Source: Neovahlkampfia damariscottae
Taxonomy: Eukaryota
Assembly (NCBI GenBank): GCA_016618085.1
Contig: JABLTG010000121.1
Span: forward strand, 1-64,000
Direction of reading: 5' to 3'
Length of the DNA stretch: 64,000 nucleotides
This document shows positions 48,887-61,669 of the stretch, one piece after another; within the stretch, counting starts at the first letter, position 1; the number at the start of each line of letters is the position of its first letter. The notes beneath the pieces were generated by a model, which had not been told where the DNA came from, did no database searches, and saw only the letters and a program-made list of their open reading frames with translations. The translations under genes were made by a program, and so were the position numbers.

Positions 48887-50130
48887 TTATTCTTTTAAAA
48901 ATTTTATAATTTCTTCATCTGAAATAAGTTCTAATAATTCAGGGTTCCATTTTGGTTTATTATCTATCAATATGATTAATTCATTTTGTTGTTTACCTTT
49001 ATCAACAACTACAGCTCTGACACCTTCTTTGAAATCGTATCTATTCCCTAATTTATTTGATACTTTATATTCCAATTCAAATAGTTCTGCTAAAGTTAAT
49101 TCTGTTGCATAATGAAGTAAATGAAATGTCATTTTTAAACTATAAGGACATTTCTTTGATAAAATGTCCAATGTCTTTGTACTAAAAATAGAATTTAATT
49201 TTTTACATTTTTCCATTATTTTTTCAACTAAATGTTGTAAACAAAAAAAAAAAAATACCTGAATTTTCACTGAAGATTGAATTAATTTCTTGAATATTTT
49301 TTTTGATGTAAGAATTTGACAACTCATTGATTGTTAATAAATCATCTATTTCATTGATTTCATTAATATTAAATAATTTAATTTTCAAATCTTCCAATTT
49401 TGATTTGTCCTTAACAGAGTGTGTTAAAAATCCACAATACAAAGCATCTTCACAATTTATTTTATTTCCTGTTAATCCTAAATATAATCCTATACTTAAA
49501 TTTGAAGGGTATCTGCTCAAAAAGTTACAACCACCTGAATAAAAATTAAGAAATACAATACATCATACCAACATCAGGATAAAGACCAATTCCTGTTTCT
49601 GGCATAGCAAATGTATAATTTTCCAAATTTCCAATGCGATGTGAACCATATTGTGATATTCCATTTCCGCCACCCATTACTATTCCATTAATAAGTACAA
49701 CAACTGGTTTAGGAAATTGAGCAATAAATAAATCCAAATAGTATTCAGTTTTGAAGAAATTACTGGCATATTTTGAATCTGAAGTCAATGGTTTGATATC
49801 ACCTCCTGCACAAAATGCTTTTGGATGATTTGAAGTCAACAAAATAAATTTCACATTTCCAATAGTTTTTGAGTTTTCAAATAAAATTATCAGTCTATCA
49901 ATCATGTTTTGTGATAGTGCATTATATGCTTTTGGTCTATTTAATATAATTTCTAAACATCCATTTGGATGTAAAAAACTTAAAACTTCTCCTTCTCCAA
50001 AATTAAGTTTGGAATGAATATCATCAATTGTCAATGAGTTATTTGTGATATTTTGTTTAATTTCTTTTTGAGTGGAACAAGTCAATTGATTTGTTAATAC
50101 ACCAATTCTTCTTTCAACTTGAGACTTCAT
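48887..50130 (-). CDS. HIBCH: 3-hydroxyisobutyryl-CoA hydrolase with a PTS2-like N-terminus
   Basis: ILNRPKAYNALS, AFCAGGDIK, FFKTEY, GIVMGGG.G, FAMPETGIGLYPDVG, YLGLTG, DFKEGVRA; RIGVLTNQL near the N-terminus. Confidence 0.9.
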
Positions 50131-50206
50131 CTTTTTAAAAAAAACAACTGATTGGTTGATTTAACACCAATAAAAACTGTTTTCAATTTAATTTTGCATT
50201 CTGCAG

Positions 50207-51011
50207 ATGAAGAGAGGAATAATCAGGGTTGGTGGTAAAGCTCCAAGAGGCGTATCAGGTGGATATGCTGAAGCACCAGAAGGATTTATCGTTCTTCCTA
50301 TTATATCAAGAGGAAAGAAACCTTACAACCAACTTTCTCCTTTTTTTCTGGGACCTTATAAGGATGAACATTCAGGTTTAACTTGTGAAATATTTGAGAA
50401 CTTATGGCAATTTTCAAAAGTTTATGAAAAAATTTCAAAACATCAAGTCAAAAAAAAAATAGACGGAGTACAAAAAACACTTTGGAAACAACAAGAAGAA
50501 TTTCATGCAAAAAAGAATTCAAAAGATGAATGGGAAATTAAAAAAGAATGGTTTGAATGGAGAAAAAAAGGATTTGAATGTAAATATCCTTTGAGACATC
50601 CAAATGGAACATCAAAAAATGGATTGCCTATATTTAGTTACTTTAATGGTGAATTTTTAAGTTACATTGATGCAAGAAAGAAAATTTATTTGCCAATTTA
50701 CAAAGAATTAGTCAGAAAAGAAACAGTTTATTCTGATATTTTTGAACAAGTCAAAAAAGGACAAAATATTTTATTGATTGTATTGAAAATGAATTAATAA
50801 TTATTTTAAATAGGATGTTGATGGTCCAAGTGTTGAAAAATATCCAAATGGAATTGAAATGTCATTAAAAAAAATTCATGAATTCATTGAAAATCCAAAA
50901 CTTATTTTTGGTCATGGATTTGCTTGTGCTTGTGCTCTTTTAGAAGATTTAGAAAGTTTAGATGATAATATTGAAACGAATGAACCTTTGAAAAAAAAAC
51001 AAAAAAAATAA
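50207..51011 (+). CDS. Uncharacterised protein of a family I associate with giant viruses and bacteria (DUF6939-like)
   Basis: LSPFFLGP, FENLWQFSKVY, WRKKGF, LRHPNG, YIDARKKIYLPIY, LLI|DVDGP, FGHGF; one intron ~50780-50812. Confidence 0.6.
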
Positions 51012-51037
51012 AAATTTATTCATCATGGGATTATTAT

Positions 51038-53894
51038 TTAAAAATAATGCTCTACCATTTTATATTCTACTTTAGGAACAAATTGAAATTGCATTAAATT
51101 TGATTTACATTCACATTTTGATTTTGGATTCTTTAAATTTGACATTATACAATGAAATAATTCTTCAGTTTCATTTAAATTTGAAATAAAACATGTTTCA
51201 TGAATTATTATTTTTTGATTTCTAATCAATTTTTTGACATACAATTCTGAAATATATTTAGTAATTGTATTTGAATCAGAATTTGGATTGATTGTTTTGA
51301 AATATTTTTCGATTGGATGATTTTTTAATGTTTGATTGAATGTATCTTTCATATTCAAACATAAATAAATTGGAATTGAATTTTCATCATTCATAAATGA
51401 ATTAACAAAATTATGAAATTTTGAAATATCTTCTTCTAATTTTGTATTTTCATTTGTTGAAGAATATTGACAATAATTTAAAAGATTAGAAATCCAAATA
51501 ATGGCTGAATTTGAATTTTGATTTAATGTTTCTTTTAATTCATCTAAATTTAATTGTTCAATACTTTTTGATATTTAAAATTAGAATCATATGATCTTAC
51601 TTTAATAAATTATTGATTAAATGAATATTATGATCTTTTTTTTTTGTAATTTGTTTATACTTTAAAGAATCATTGAAACTAAATTCAAAATCATTTTCAC
51701 GATATTCTTTCAAATTTTCTAAAAATCTTAAAAAAGTTAATTGATTTTTTCATTTTCTTCTTACGAATATATTCCCATTGGTAATTTTATACAACACTTA
51801 TTTTCATTAATCAAATTTCTCACATTCGAATTTTCAAAAAATTTTTCAATTTTTGATAGTGTGACTTCTGAAGATGCTTCAAATAATTTCTTTTAAAAAA
51901 AGTTTAAATGTATTCTTTCTTTTACAATTTCATCAATTATACTTTGTTCTAATTCTATACTTGAAAGATAATTTAAAATTCTATCCATTCCTTCAACAAT
52001 ATAATTTTGAAATTTAATATAACTCAATTTATTTGTTGAACATCCAAACGTATTTAAAATTATTTCAATAAATGATGTTTTACCAACAGATTCATCTCCA
52101 ACTACAAAAATATTTGTCAAATCTATTTTCTTATATTCATCAATATATTTTTCTTTTCCCCTTTAAAAAAATATTAATTGAATCATTTTTTACCCAATTG
52201 TATAAAATATTGAATCATGAATCAATGGTTTTGAAAATATTGGTATATTATCATCATCTGGATTATCAAAATTAAAAATTCCATAATTAAATGATGTTTT
52301 TGTTTCTTTAGTTGATAAAAATTTTGTAATTTGTGCAATATTTTGTTTTTTTTCTTCTGATGATCCCATGAAATATAATTCATAATCTTTAATGAATGAG
52401 AAATGACCCCATCTTGGTAGAAAATTGAGTTTATTTTGTGTTGTTGATATATTAGTCCAAAATCCACTTGAATAAACCCAAAGATCATTTAACGTTTTTG
52501 TTGAATATAAATTTGATTTTTCATTCTTTGAAATTGTTAATCCACCAAAAATAAAAATTTGAAAATTAAAAGTCTTCAAAAAAAAAAATGAATTAGTTAA
52601 TTATTAGACTTACCTCTGAAGAATGAAAATATCTTGCTGTAGGTACATTGATTTGTGTATCATTTTTTGACCATATCTTATTTTCTTTAAAAAATGTAAA
52701 TATCAATAAAATATCAAACGAATATCATATTCCAATGTATGATTGATGGTATAATAAAGATTTTTATAACAAGTTAATCCACCAAATATAATTATTTTTG
52801 ATCCAATAATATTTGATGTATGTCCATACAGTGAAGTTTCTCCTCTTGGTAAAAATTTCCATTTATCAGTTTCTTTAGAAAATATTTGTTACTTTTTCTT
52901 TTTATTACCAAAATTATAAGAAATAAAATCATTTGAAATGTGATTCTTTCCTTTTCCTCCATATATAAAAATTTCTTTATCTTTTACAATACTTGTATGA
53001 AATCTTCTTTCGTTTTCAAAATAATTGGGAAGTGATATTTCTTTTTCAAATTCAACAAGTTCTGTTTTATAACAATATTAAAAGTTTAAATTAAAAACCT
53101 GGATCAAAAACATATAAACTGTTTTTTTCGTTTTCTTTTGGACCAAATATATAAAATAATGTTTTGTTTTCAGATTTCAATACTTTACATGCTGTATGTC
53201 CATAGTAATCATTTGAATCTTCAATCTGTATATTTTTATAATGATAAAAATTATTATTAAGAGGTTTATGCAGTATATCAAAATTTTTTGATTTTTCTAT
53301 CGACAATATGGAACAAGTTTCAAAAAGAGTCTCCAATGAATTTTGATCCTTTAAAGAAACTTCAAAATAGTAATTAGCTCCGATATTATGTGCTAATTTC
53401 TGGCCCTTTTTTATTTTTAAAAAAATAAAATTTTTCTTACGTCTTTTGATGAGAGACAATTTTCTCCTTTTGAACGTTTTTCAATACAATTAGCTACCAG
53501 AACAAACGGAACAGTGGAATTTATATTTCTAACAAAAGGAACCCACTAAATATGAATTTATAAATTTATAAAATGTCAAACTTTTGATGAGATATTATCA
53601 AACGAAGTTTTTGAAGTTACATCAAAAACCAACAATACAATATTAGCAAATTTACAATCTGACATTCTTTGTTTATCATTTCCTTCGATTTTAATATAAA
53701 GGGTATTTACTTGATTCTCTAACAGAAAACTGTATTATATTTCCAGAATTATGAAAGATTCTTTGAGTTTCGCACGACTTCATAGATTGAATCATATTCT
53801 TTTTTATATTCGTTTTCTTAAATAGCAGTAAGGTTGTTTCCACTGAGGGGTCACCGATCAGAACTCCATCAGTTTCATAAACCCTCGATGCCAT
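51038..53894 (-). CDS. Rho-like pseudoGTPase + Kelch propeller + degenerate G-alpha-like domain fusion
   Basis: IGDPSVETT, VFDVTSKTSFDNI, W, YFEVS; Kelch GHT..IFGG / RYFH..IFGG / PRWGH; VVGDESVGKTSF, FLENLKEY..DF...DSL, AIIWISNL..Y.Q, IYLCLNMKDTF, HETC; introns join all parts in frame. Confidence 0.65.
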
Positions 53895-54044
53895 CGTCGA
53901 ATTTAGTGGTGGGGTTTTATTGGTGGAAATTTCTAGAAATATTCTCTTTTCTCCAATTTAAGAATTTTGAAAGAATTTTCTGTTTTACTGACAACTTAGA
54001 CTTTCCCAAATATTTTCCTGGATTTTTTTCTTTCGATAAATTCG

Positions 54045-54067
54045 ATTGGATAATTATTGGCGCCAAA
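54045..54067. promoter_or_regulatory. E2F-like palindrome plus CCAAT boxes upstream of kinesin-5
   Basis: TTGGCGCCAA at 54057-54066 (TTTGGCGC on the - strand); ATTGG at 54045 and 54056. Confidence 0.5.
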
Positions 54068-54087
54068 CCTAATTCTGCAGACAACAC

Positions 54088-57000
54088 ATGAACCGAAGCC
54101 AACAGAAGGAAAAAACTGAAGAAGATAAATCAGATGGAGTTAACATTCAAGTTGTAGTCCGTTGTCGTCCACCAAATCAAAAAGAATTACATAAAGAAAT
54201 ATGCATTAAAACTTCATCATCTAATAAAGAAGTCCTCGTGAACTCAAAGTCAACTGGAAGAACAATATCAAAACCATTTAATTATGATTATGTTTTTGGA
54301 CCAAATTCTTCTCAAAAAGAAGTCTTTGATGATGCAATTAAACCACTTGTTGAAGAAGTTTTAGCTGGATACAATTGTACTGTTTTCGCTTATGGACAAA
54401 CATCAACAGGAAAAACATTCACAATGGAAGGAAAAAGAAATCCAGAAAACAATCAAATAATTAAAAACGAAGAAGGAGTAATTCCAAGAAGTGTCGCTCA
54501 TATTTTTGGATATTTAAAGAAAAACAACGGTATAGATTTTAATATTAGACTCAGTTGTTTGGAGCTTTATAATGAAGAACTTCAAGATTTGTTAGCTTCA
54601 AATGATGAAAAAAAACAACTCAGACTGTTTGACCAATCAGGAGGTGGAACAATTGTGAATGGACTTGAAGAAGTTGTTGTTAAAACAATTGATGATTTAA
54701 ATTCATTTTTAGAATTAGCTTCAAAAAGAAGACATATTGCTGAAACACAATTAAATCACTCATCAAGCAGAAGTCATTTTATCACAACTCTAACAATTCA
54801 TTTAAAAGAACCAACTTTAGATGGTGAAGGTTTAGTAAAAACAGGAAAATTATATTTAGTTGATTTAGCTGGAAGTGAAAATATTGCCAGAAGTGGAGCT
54901 TTAAAAAAAAGAGCACAAGAAGCTGGAATGATTAATCAAAGTTTATTGACTTTAGGAAGAGTTATTACTGCACTTACAGAAAGAAAATCACATATTCCTT
55001 ATAGAGAAAGTAAACTGACAAGACTGTTACAAGACTCTTTGGGTGGAAAAACTAAAACATGTATTATTGCAACTGTCAGTCCAAGTGTTTCTTGTTATGA
55101 TGAATCAATGAGTACTTTAGAATATGCTAGAAGTGCGAAATCAATAAAAAATAAACCACAACAAAATATGAAAACACCAAAAAATCATTTAATTACAGAT
55201 ATGACACATGAAATTGATCAATTGAAACTTGAATTAACAGCTGCTCGTTTAAAGAATGGTATTTATATTTCAGAAGAAACATTTATAAAAAATAATGAAA
55301 AATTAGAAATGCAAGATAGAATGATTGAATCATTAACTGATGAAAATGAATTAAAAAAAAAAGTATTAGAAGAATTGACACATGATTATGAAAGTGCAGT
55401 TTCAAAATTGGAAGAAGGAAAAAAAGAACTTGTTGAATCTAAAGTAAGTCTAAATTGATATTTTAATTCATTTATAAGAAATTGTTAGAATTGAAAGAAA
55501 TAACTTTAAATGAAAGAGAAAAAGAGGTTCAAAGTTTAAAAGATATTGTTGAAATGAAAAAGTATATTATTTCAGAATCACAAAAATCAGAATCTCAACT
55601 TCATAGTGAAGCATCAAATGTGTTAATAAATCTCAAGACATGTTTAAATGATATTGATGAATACAATTTAAAATTACAAAAGAATTTATCTTTAATTTCA
55701 AGAAATGAAAAATTAAATTCAAATTATCATCAAAGTTTAAATAAGAAAGGAACAAGCATGAAACAAGATATTCAAACATTTTCAAATATTTATCAAAGTT
55801 CAGTTTCAAATATGATCGATTCAATTTCCAAATATAAAGAAGGAAAAGTTAAAGAATTAAAAGAAATGAAAGAAGAATTATTTAAAATTCAAAGTAGTTT
55901 TGAAAGTACAAATAAAGAAATAACACAAACTATGAATTCTAGAATTGTATCAAATAAATCAAATACGATTGCATTGTCATCTGAACAATTGGAGAATTCA
56001 AAAATAATCAGAAATTCACTTGAAAATATATCAGAAAATATTAATGAAATTATTTCACAATTGAACTCAAAATTAGATGGTCACTTTATTGATATTGAAA
56101 ATGTTCAAAAGAGTTTTGAAATTTCAATGAAGAATAATCTTGAAATTGTGAATCACTTTTCAATTTTAAATTCAAATTTATTAAATGAATTAGAAAACAA
56201 AATGATTTCAACTGGAATTCAACAAACAAATGATTATTTAAAACATCAAGATGGTTTGATGAAAAATGAAGAATTACATAATGAAAGATTAGAAAATGTT
56301 AAAAATGAAATATTAGGAAATTTTGAAATGATTATATCCAATGCATTGAATAAAGAAAAAGAAGAATTTTCGAATACAATTAAAGAAATGAAAGATTCAT
56401 TTACAGGAAGTATTCAAACAATCAAAGAATCAAATAGAGATAATTTATTATTAACATCAAAATTGAAAGAAGAATCCAATAGTTTCAATTCAAATTATTT
56501 AAGACAACAAGATGAATTTTCAAAAAAGAATGATGAAAATTTGAAACATTTTGAACAATCTTTAAATAATGATAAAACAAAAGTCAAAGAATTCAGTTTG
56601 GTTTTTTCAACAGGACAATCAGATATTCAAGAAAAGTTGACAAATTTTGGAGACAAAATGCAAGAAAAAATAAAACAAGAAATGAATGAAATGTCAACAT
56701 TTAAAACAATAAATGAAAGAATTCAAACAGAAAATGTTGAAAAGATATCAATACAACTTGAAAATGTTTCATCAAAAATGGAAAATGAAAATAAAAAGAG
56801 TGATGAATTTTTAAAGAAATTCTCAGATCATTCAACAAGAGATGAAAATAGAGTACATTCACTCATAAAAAGAGTTCAAAGTCATATTGATCAAAATGTT
56901 AATGATTCAAAATGTTTATTTGATTTATTAGAAAAGAATGAAATGAATAATGAAACAACAAAGAAGGATATTGAAATACCAAATGAGTTTACAAGATTAA

Positions 57001-57311
57001 AAGAAGAATCAATTTTAGAAAATGAATTCAAATCAACAAGAGAAATTAATGAACCAAAAGTTGAAGAAGAAATGGAACAAGAAGAACAAGAAGAAAAATT
57101 GGATACATCAGATAGATCAGTAGAAAAAGAATCAAATGATGAACCTGTTGTAATTCCAAAAATTGTTAAATCCAAAGCTTCTCTTACAAGTAATTCTTCA
57201 ATGAATAAAAGAAGAAGAACGAAAAATGAACCTTTAAAAGATAAAGTAGTCAATTTAAAAAGACAATCTGATGTTGGAACTTATCAACAACATAAGAAAA
57301 AAAGAATTTAA
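54088..57311 (+). CDS. KIF11: Kinesin-5 (BimC/Eg5)
   Basis: NIQVVVRCRP, GYNCTVFAYGQTSTGKTFTMEG, ELYNEELQDLL, SSRSH, LVDLAGSENIARSGA, INQSLLTLGRVI, LQDSLGGKTKT, AARLKNGIYI; one intron ~55444-55478. Confidence 0.93.
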
Positions 57312-57407
57312 AAATGACAATTTCTTGTAAAAATAATAAAAATTTTTGTCCAATAAGAATACATCAAGAATCTTCCAATCGTCTGCAAACTTGACGACGT
57401 TGCTTCA

Positions 57408-58252
57408 ATGGACAATGATGAAATAAGAAAAAAAGTTTGGGAAGGACATATTCCAATTTGTTTTAAACTAGCTAATAATGAAATCATATCATTTAGAACA
57501 CCACATCCATATTATGTAACGATATTTAAAATTTATTAATATAACTTTAAAGGTGATGGTACCAAGACAAAGTTATCTTTCAATTTACAGAAAAGAAATT
57601 AGAGATCATTTTGTTGATTTTACATCAAGTTTTGATAAAAAAGATGATGTTTGGTTTGAATATAAAGATGAACCTTTACAATGGTAATTTTTTTAAAAGA
57701 AATTAATTTTATTTTGAAAATAGGAATATTCCAGCTGGTGTTCTATTTGATTTAAAAAATGAAAATGAAGATTTACCTTGGAATATAACAGCACATTTTA
57801 ATAGTTTTCCAACCGAAAAATTAATGAGAATAACAACTGAAGAAGACAGTCAATGGAATTATATAAATACATTAAAAGAAGCTATTTATGTTAGATATGG
57901 AACAACTCAACCTGTTATGACTTTATCAAAAATTGATCAAACCAATTTATGGGACTCAATTACAACTTGTAGTTTTGGTGAATATGAAAAATTAAAAAAA
58001 AAAGTATTAGTTGAAGGAGAAGTAAAAAAATATCCAATTCGTGTTTTTGAATCTGAAACTGCTATTAGTCATTTATTTCTTGTTGATAATTTGAAAATGA
58101 CTCTGTCAGAATTTATCACAACTTTTATGAAATCAAAAATAGATTCAAAAATTTTTGTTCAAGGAATAACACCTTCACTTGATACACCTTTAGAATTTTT
58201 ATTTGAAACTTCTTTGCATCCTGATTATTTACTTTATGTTATATTAAAATAA
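57408..58252 (+). CDS. ATG5: Autophagy protein 5
   Basis: VWEGHIP, PRQSYL, WFEY...L.W|NIPAGVLFDL, LPWNITAHF..FP, NTLKEA (conjugation Lys), QGITPSLDTPL, HPDYLLY. Confidence 0.93.
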
Positions 58253-58285
58253 AAAGTTTTTATTTTTTTTTTTTTAAGGTACATT

Positions 58286-60706
58286 TTACCATGGTTCTGA
58301 ACTCCAATCGTCATTCGCTTTCGTTTCTTTTTTTTCATCGTTTCCAAATCCATCAAAAGCATCATTTCCAAATCCATCATCTTTTTTTCCATCTGTTCCA
58401 AAGTCATCAAAACCAAAATCATCAAAACCACTTCCACTTGCTTTTTTATCATCATTTCCAAATCCATCAAAACTGTCAAATCCTGATGTTGGTTCTTGTG
58501 CTGTTTCTGTTGGTTTTGAATCTCCAAATGCATCAAAATCATCAAATCCGCCACTTGATGAAGTTTTCGGTAATGGTTCAGTAGTAGCTTTAGTGTCACC
58601 ACCAAAACTATCAAAATCATCAAATCCACTTGATTTTCCAAAACCATCAAAATCGTCAAATCCACTTGCAGGTGCTGAACTTGGTTCTTGTGGTTTTTCT
58701 TGTTTTTTTGGAATGTTTAAAGTTTGTGGACCTGGATCATCTGAAACAGTTTTCTTTTCTAAAGGTGTTTCTTTTTTTGGTGTTGAAGTTGCTGTTGCTT
58801 TTCCAGTTGAATTTTGAATTGAAAAATCTTTTCCAAAACCTGAAGTATCTTCAAAACTATCAAAAGAATCCTTTTCACCAAATGCATCATCAAAACCAAA
58901 ATTATTATCAACTTGTTTTTTTTGTTCTTGATTTTTATTTTTTGATTTTGTTTCAATAGGTTTTGAAAATAAATCTTCATTTAAAGGTGAAATATTTGAA
59001 TTATCACTTTTTAAACCATCAAGTATATTTTGCATTTCTTTAATATATTTTACTGCAGTATCATGAAATTGATCAAGTCTAACAAGTTTTGGTTTTAAAT
59101 TTGGTATTTTTGATTTTTCTTCAATTTGTTTTTCAACTTCAACAATTTGTTCATTTAAACTTTTAATTTTTAATGTAAAATCATCATGAATTTTTTTGTT
59201 AGTTTCATATTTTTTTGTCATTTCTTCATTTTTTGTTTCTAAAGAAGCTAATTTTGTTGATAATTGATCATTTTGAATATGTTGTTGTTTAACTTGTTCT
59301 GTAATATTATCTAATTGTGTTTGATTTACTGTACCTTGAAAATCATTCATTTTTTGAACAAGTGAATCATATTCTGTTTTTAATTTTAATATTTCTGATT
59401 GTTTTTCTTCCAATAAACTTGTATCTGATTTTATTGTTTCACCAACATCTTCTAAATTCTTTGATAAATTTGTAACTGTTTCTTCTCCATTCTTTTTAAG
59501 CAATTCTAATCTTTCAACTTCAGTTTTAAGTTGCAAAGATAATTCATTATTGGCTTTATTATCTTCTCTGAGCATTAAAAGTCTAGATTCAATTCTAGCT
59601 TGTTCTTGTTGATATTGTTGTTTTTGAATTCGAAGTTCTTCGATTTGTGGTTTTAAACTTTGAATTTCTTGTAATAATTGTTGTTCTTGTTGTTTATTTT
59701 GCTCTAAATTCATTTGTGCTTGTGAAACTTGTTGTTGCATTTGAAAATGATCATCTTTTAAATTATTGGTTTCTTTTAAAAGTGAATTAACTTTTGTTGT
59801 TGTTTGAATAGGTCCACTCATTCCACCCATATTATTCATACTACTCATTCCAGAATTCATTCCACTTCCCATTCCACCCATATTGTTCATATTACCCATA
59901 GTATTATTATTCATACTATTACCACCACTTTGAGGACCGTTCATTGGTTGTGGTTGTAACATTCCATTAAATGAACCACCACCTGAACCCATACTAAATG
60001 ATCCAGTTGGTGTTTTTGAATCAGGATCTAATAAAGTTGTAGGTAAATTTGAAGGAAGTTGAAAGTTTTCATTTTTCTTTTTAAAACCAACTAAATGCAT
60101 AGCTACACCAAAATAATGTTTTGATAATGCTCCTTGTTTTTTAACATCACATAAATCCCTGTTTTTGTTAAACTTAAAAGACACAACTTACCAAACTTGT
60201 TTTAAGAAACTGTTGTCGACACCACTTTGTTGTAAAAAGCTTACTACTTCTTTTCCTGAAGCTGTTGGTGCTCCTTTTGTAATGTTATTGAAATAGTTTG
60301 AATAGTTTTGTTGTTGTTGTGGGTGAATCATAAAAGGACTACCTTCTCCAGTTTTATGACTTGTAACTTGTGTAGGAAGTGGTTTTAATTGTTCCTGTTG
60401 TTTTGGTGGCATAGATTGTGCTTGCTTTTGTTTTGCTTGATAAATAATTTTCATTGCAGTTGTAAATTCATGTTTTTGTACTCCTTTTGAAGGATCTGAA
60501 ACACATTGTTTCCATAACTTGTATTTTTTTAATTAAAAGATTAATTTTACATATTTTAAGACTGGTTGTGGAACATCAAACTTCGGAAAAAAAGCAGTAG
60601 CTTCTTTAGCACTTATACCTCCATCTCCATCAGCATCAGCTTGTTGAAAAAGAGAATCTAAATCTCCAAATTTACTCAATAGTTCTTGGTCACTAATATT
60701 ATCCAT
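58286..60706 (-). CDS. EH-domain endocytic adaptor (Eps15-like)
   Basis: Two EH domains (FQQADADGDGGISAKEA; SGKEVVSFLQQSGV...W.LCD..G.L...F.VAMHL), coiled coil, C-terminal GFDDF/FDxF repeats. Confidence 0.85.
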
Positions 60707-60820
60707 TTGTTTCTCTCTTTGTCAAAGGTTGTTTTTTTTTGTTTGATGGAGGTGACCAATAAAAAAGAAAAAGAAATTGGTTGGATAAATTTAAAAAAAA
60801 TTTTATTTTTTTTTTTTCAA

Positions 60821-61574
60821 TTAATATTCGTTTCCGCCATCACCAAAATCACCGCCTGTGTCACCACCAAAACCTCCACCACCATAATCAACATGATGAT
60901 CACCAAAATCACCTACTACCACTGTTGGTCCTCCCACAATATAAGCACCATCGTCATAATAGTCACCTCCAATATATCCAGCTCTTTTTCCACTTGAACT
61001 TCCACAACAAAATACAGAACAAGCACAAATAACACAAATATAACAACAAAAGCAAAAAATGATTGAAAATGCAAATCCAATGGAATAATATAGATATTCA
61101 GCCCATGTTCCAGCTAAAGCACTTGAACTGAGATATTGTTGTTGAACATAACTGCAAGTAATTGAGTTGGTCGTTGAAGGATTCTTTGCATAAATTATGA
61201 CAGTATTTGAAATGTCAGCTTGATTTGCGTAAGAACTTGATGAGTAGGTTGTTCCTTTTAATCCATAAAAATATCTTATTTTTTTTAATTTTTTTTTTTT
61301 TACGTGAAAGGTGAACCAGCTTTTAATTTATTTAAATTTGGCAAGTCAAGTAAATAAATGTCTGCACTTCCAGAGCACTGTACAGTCCATTTTATTTCTG
61401 AGGCATAAATACTGAAATCAAAACCAAGTCCTTTTTGGGATGCTATAATTCTATTTGAAATAGTATTTGTTTGCCATCCAGCTATTATCAGAATAAGTAT
61501 TTAAATTTATTACCATTGACAGTATTAATAAATAATATAAAAACAAGTAAAATAAACAGTGATTTCTGCTCCAT
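60821..61574 (-). CDS. Single-pass membrane protein with a Gly/Asp/aromatic-rich cytoplasmic tail
   Basis: Signal peptide, two short introns, TM followed by Cys cluster, tail GGDYYDDG...GGGGFGGDTGGDFGDGGNEY*. Confidence 0.65.
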
Positions 61575-61669
61575 TGTAAACATGAGAGACAGTGTCTAAC
61601 TTGTTTGCCCAATGAAAAAAAAGAAAGATTCAAAACTTGTTTATGTAGAAAAATTATTTATTTTACAAT

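Noticed and set aside
58290..58900. Tandem DNA repeats (ccaaa..catcaaaa)
   Set aside because: They encode the GFDDF adaptor-binding motifs of the Eps15-like protein; not an independent repeat element
60686..61032. His-rich and Thr/Ile-rich + strand ORFs
   Set aside because: Antisense shadows of the Gly/Asp-rich tail of the - strand membrane protein
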